NCBI GenBank assembly: GCA_043228905.1
Contig: JBHGNT010000016.1
Location: 13,206,001 to 13,270,000 of the forward strand
Reading direction: 5' to 3'
DNA: 64,000 nucleotides
DNA from: Azolla caroliniana
Taxonomy: Eukaryota > Plantae > Polypodiophyta
The position numbers were made by a program, and so were the translations under genes. Under the pieces are notes generated by a model. It searched no databases and was not told where the DNA came from. It was given only the letters and a program-made list of their open reading frames with translations. Shown here in pieces: positions 61,476-64,000 of the stretch (position 1 is its first letter; every line of letters starts with the position of its first letter).

Positions 61476-61882
61476 TGTTAAAAACTGTAAAGAAATGAGG
61501 AGGCAAGAGAGGTTGTAATGCAGCGGAAGATGAGTGTGTGTGTCTCAAGACAGAGTGAGAGAGAGTGAGAGAGAGAGAGCTCTTAAGACAGAGATAGACA
61601 AAACTTTATATTAACCAAAATTACATCAAAGCATAAGACATTCAACTACAAATAAGTTACAATGTGTTGGTTTATATACCAACTAAGTTAGGGCAAGTGC
61701 TCTTCCTACTATTTACAAAATTAGCCCAACATGTCCATGAGCTAGTGTGAAAAACCTATCTATGGGAAGTTGAGTTCGACTCTCAACACGCGCCTTCGAA
61801 CACAACTTCTATCTGTCGAGAAGGTTGTTTGATTCGTACTTCAACTTGTCTAGTCGGTTGTTAGATATCGATCTCGTCGGCC
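61476..61882 (-). mobile_element. Copia-type LTR fragment interrupted by element K
   Basis: Minus-strand layout TATA (tatataaa), CT tract, cttccgc motif (also in the LTR of E), terminal ..ttaaca. Confidence 0.5.
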
Positions 61883-64000
61883 TGTCAGGAACATTACTAA
61901 GACAGAGAAGGAATTAGTACTAAAACAAGTATTAGTACTAAGAGAGGTGAAGAACTCTCGAGGGAAGGAAAGAGTGAGTGAGAGGGAGGGAGAGAGAGAT
62001 CGAGAGAGAGAGAAAGAGTGATGATAAGAAAAGAAATATATTATGTGAAGAAAATGTACAGTAGCTAGGAGGCTTAAGACTGGCATTGAACCGATTTGGT
62101 TCGAAATAATGCCTTGGGCCTCCTTTTATAGTGTTCTAAGGAATACTCCTGAAGTTTCTAGAATGTTCCAGAGAAATCTGGAATATACATCAATTTTCTA
62201 TAATAAAACATAAATGAAAATAATATTCTACATATTATAATGTATAGTCTAATGGTCAAGAGCTCGACCCATGTAGCATAAGGTCATGGGTTCGAGTCTC
62301 GCCATATCATGACACTATCCCCCCTTTAAAACGACGAGTGTAACGAGTCGTTTTGGATTGGGGACCCGGTTTGTTTGGATATTGACGATGGAAGTCCTCA
62401 AGAAGAGCACGAGCATTGGTGATATTCTCTATCGGTTCCCAAGTATGCTCGCTGGGACTATATCCTAGCCAATCGACTAGATAGTAGAGCTTGTTGCGAA
62501 CAAGCTTGGAATCAAGGATGGCGGCAACCTCGTACTCAAGTCCATCTTCAAGCTCGATCAGGGGTGGAGGCTATGTAATACGTCCTGGGATGGTGCTCTC
62601 TTGATAGGGTTTGAGGAGAGAACTATGAAACACCGGATGTATCCGAACTTGTAGAGGTAGATCAAGATGAAAAGCGACATCATTAATTTTTCCTATAATA
62701 CGGAAAGGACCTAATCGCCGATAATCCAACTTCTCGCATGGGCGAGTAGTCTTGATGTGTCGTCGGAGTAGCCATACCCGATCTCCAATGTTAAAACTAG
62801 ATGGGAGTCGATGACGATCCGCATAAACCTTGTGTGTTTGTTGAGCTTGTTGGAGATGAGTAGATAAATCCGCTTGTATCTTGCGTAACCTTTCCAAATG
62901 ATCCTCTGTGCAAGGATTTGTGGACACCTCTGGGGTTTCAAGTACACACCACCTGGGGTGACATCCCGTATAAGCATAAAATGGCATAACTTTAGTGGAT
63001 GTGTAGATAGAGTTGTTATAGGCAAATTTGGCGAAGTGGAGAATATCTGCCCAGTCATCCTGATGATAGCTGAGAAAGCACCGCAGATACTACTCCAGCG
63101 TTTGATTGGTTCATTCAGCTTGGCTGTCGGTTTGTGGGTGGTAGCCGGAGGAGAGGTTACAAGTGACATTGAGCATGTTAAAAAGGTGCTTCCAGAATTT
63201 TGACACAAACTGGGGTCCACGGTCACTAATGATACTATCGGGAAGTCCATGATGCCGACATACTTCACACATGACAATTTCGGCAGTGTCTTCACTGGAG
63301 ATCTCCTTAGTACATGGCAAGAAATGAGCCATCTTCGTATATCGATTGACCACCGTTAGAATCACATTGAACCCCTTAGAGACTATAAGATCTGTGATGA
63401 AGTCTAGAGAAATGGATTGCCACGGCTTGCTTGGAATTGGTAATGGTTCTAATAAACCATATGGATGATGCCTTGGCATTTTCGCTCGGCAGCATGTATC
63501 ACAAGTCCGAACAAAATCCTCGACAAATTGTCACATACAGGGCCACCAGAATGATCGTTGTACTAAATGTAATGTTTTACTACTACCAAAATGCCCAGTT
63601 GTATATGTGTCATGACAGTTTTGTACTACTTGAAGCCGGCAAGAACCATTAGGAACATACAAAAGTTCTTTAAAGAAGAGTAATCCATCATGGTATTTGA
63701 ATTGCCGATAGTCTGTACCTGGTGGTTGCGACTGTGAATACGACGCTCGAGAGGGATCAATTTGTGCTAGTATAGCTTGGGCAAACGCATCTGTCTTCAA
63801 GTCTTCGTGTATGGTATCGATAACGCGGGAATCCATGGGCATGTCAAAGATCTGTGTTGCTTGTAGTCGTGCCGGTCCCAAGATGACTTGTTTTTGGTTA
63901 TCGAAAGCTGGCTCGCCAGGACGGGGTGCTAGATACGAACACCGTGATAATGCATCTGCCTTCGCATGGTGTTTCCCCAGACGATATGTAATTTTGAAGT
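61883..64000 (-). mobile_element. Element K: 3' part of a Tcn1-type chromovirus (RH end, integrase, chromodomain, PPT, 3' LTR 61883-62314); continues beyond the window
   Basis: Homologous to C; SLDFITDL, ISDRGPQF, LGPF; scattered stops. Confidence 0.95.

Noticed and set aside
62245-62314. Functional tRNA genes at the A/B-box cassettes
   Set aside because: No acceptor stem or anticodon arm can be folded; only the promoter boxes and partial T-arms remain

Overview
Eukaryotic, land-plant DNA. The retroelement lineages suggest a moss such as Physcomitrium, but this is inference. About 45 kb (5.9-50.7 kb) is a nest of LTR retrotransposons. It contains a young Ty3/Gypsy element with a tRNA-Trp PBS (5938-13021), Tcn1/Tf1-type self-priming chromoviruses (14.4-17.9 kb and 31.2-42.0 kb, with a third outside the nest at 61.9-64 kb), several decayed Ty1/Copia copies, a solo LTR, and one fully intact Copia with identical LTRs (32692-37859). 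The only host gene is a G-type (bulb) lectin S-domain non-RD receptor kinase (52858-56152) with one intron and one in-frame stop. Four observations stand out. (1) A non-coding LTR family has a tRNA-Arg-type PBS motif abutting both internal LTR ends and no recognisable PPT. (2) tRNA-like Pol III A/B-box cassettes sit antisense in the U3 of two unrelated Gypsy lineages and in dispersed repeats. (3) Both Gypsy lineages carry clear -1 frameshift heptamer plus stem/pseudoknot signals. (4) CAG/CTG is strongly avoided in the sampled TE sequence. All comparisons were made by eye; no database searches were run.
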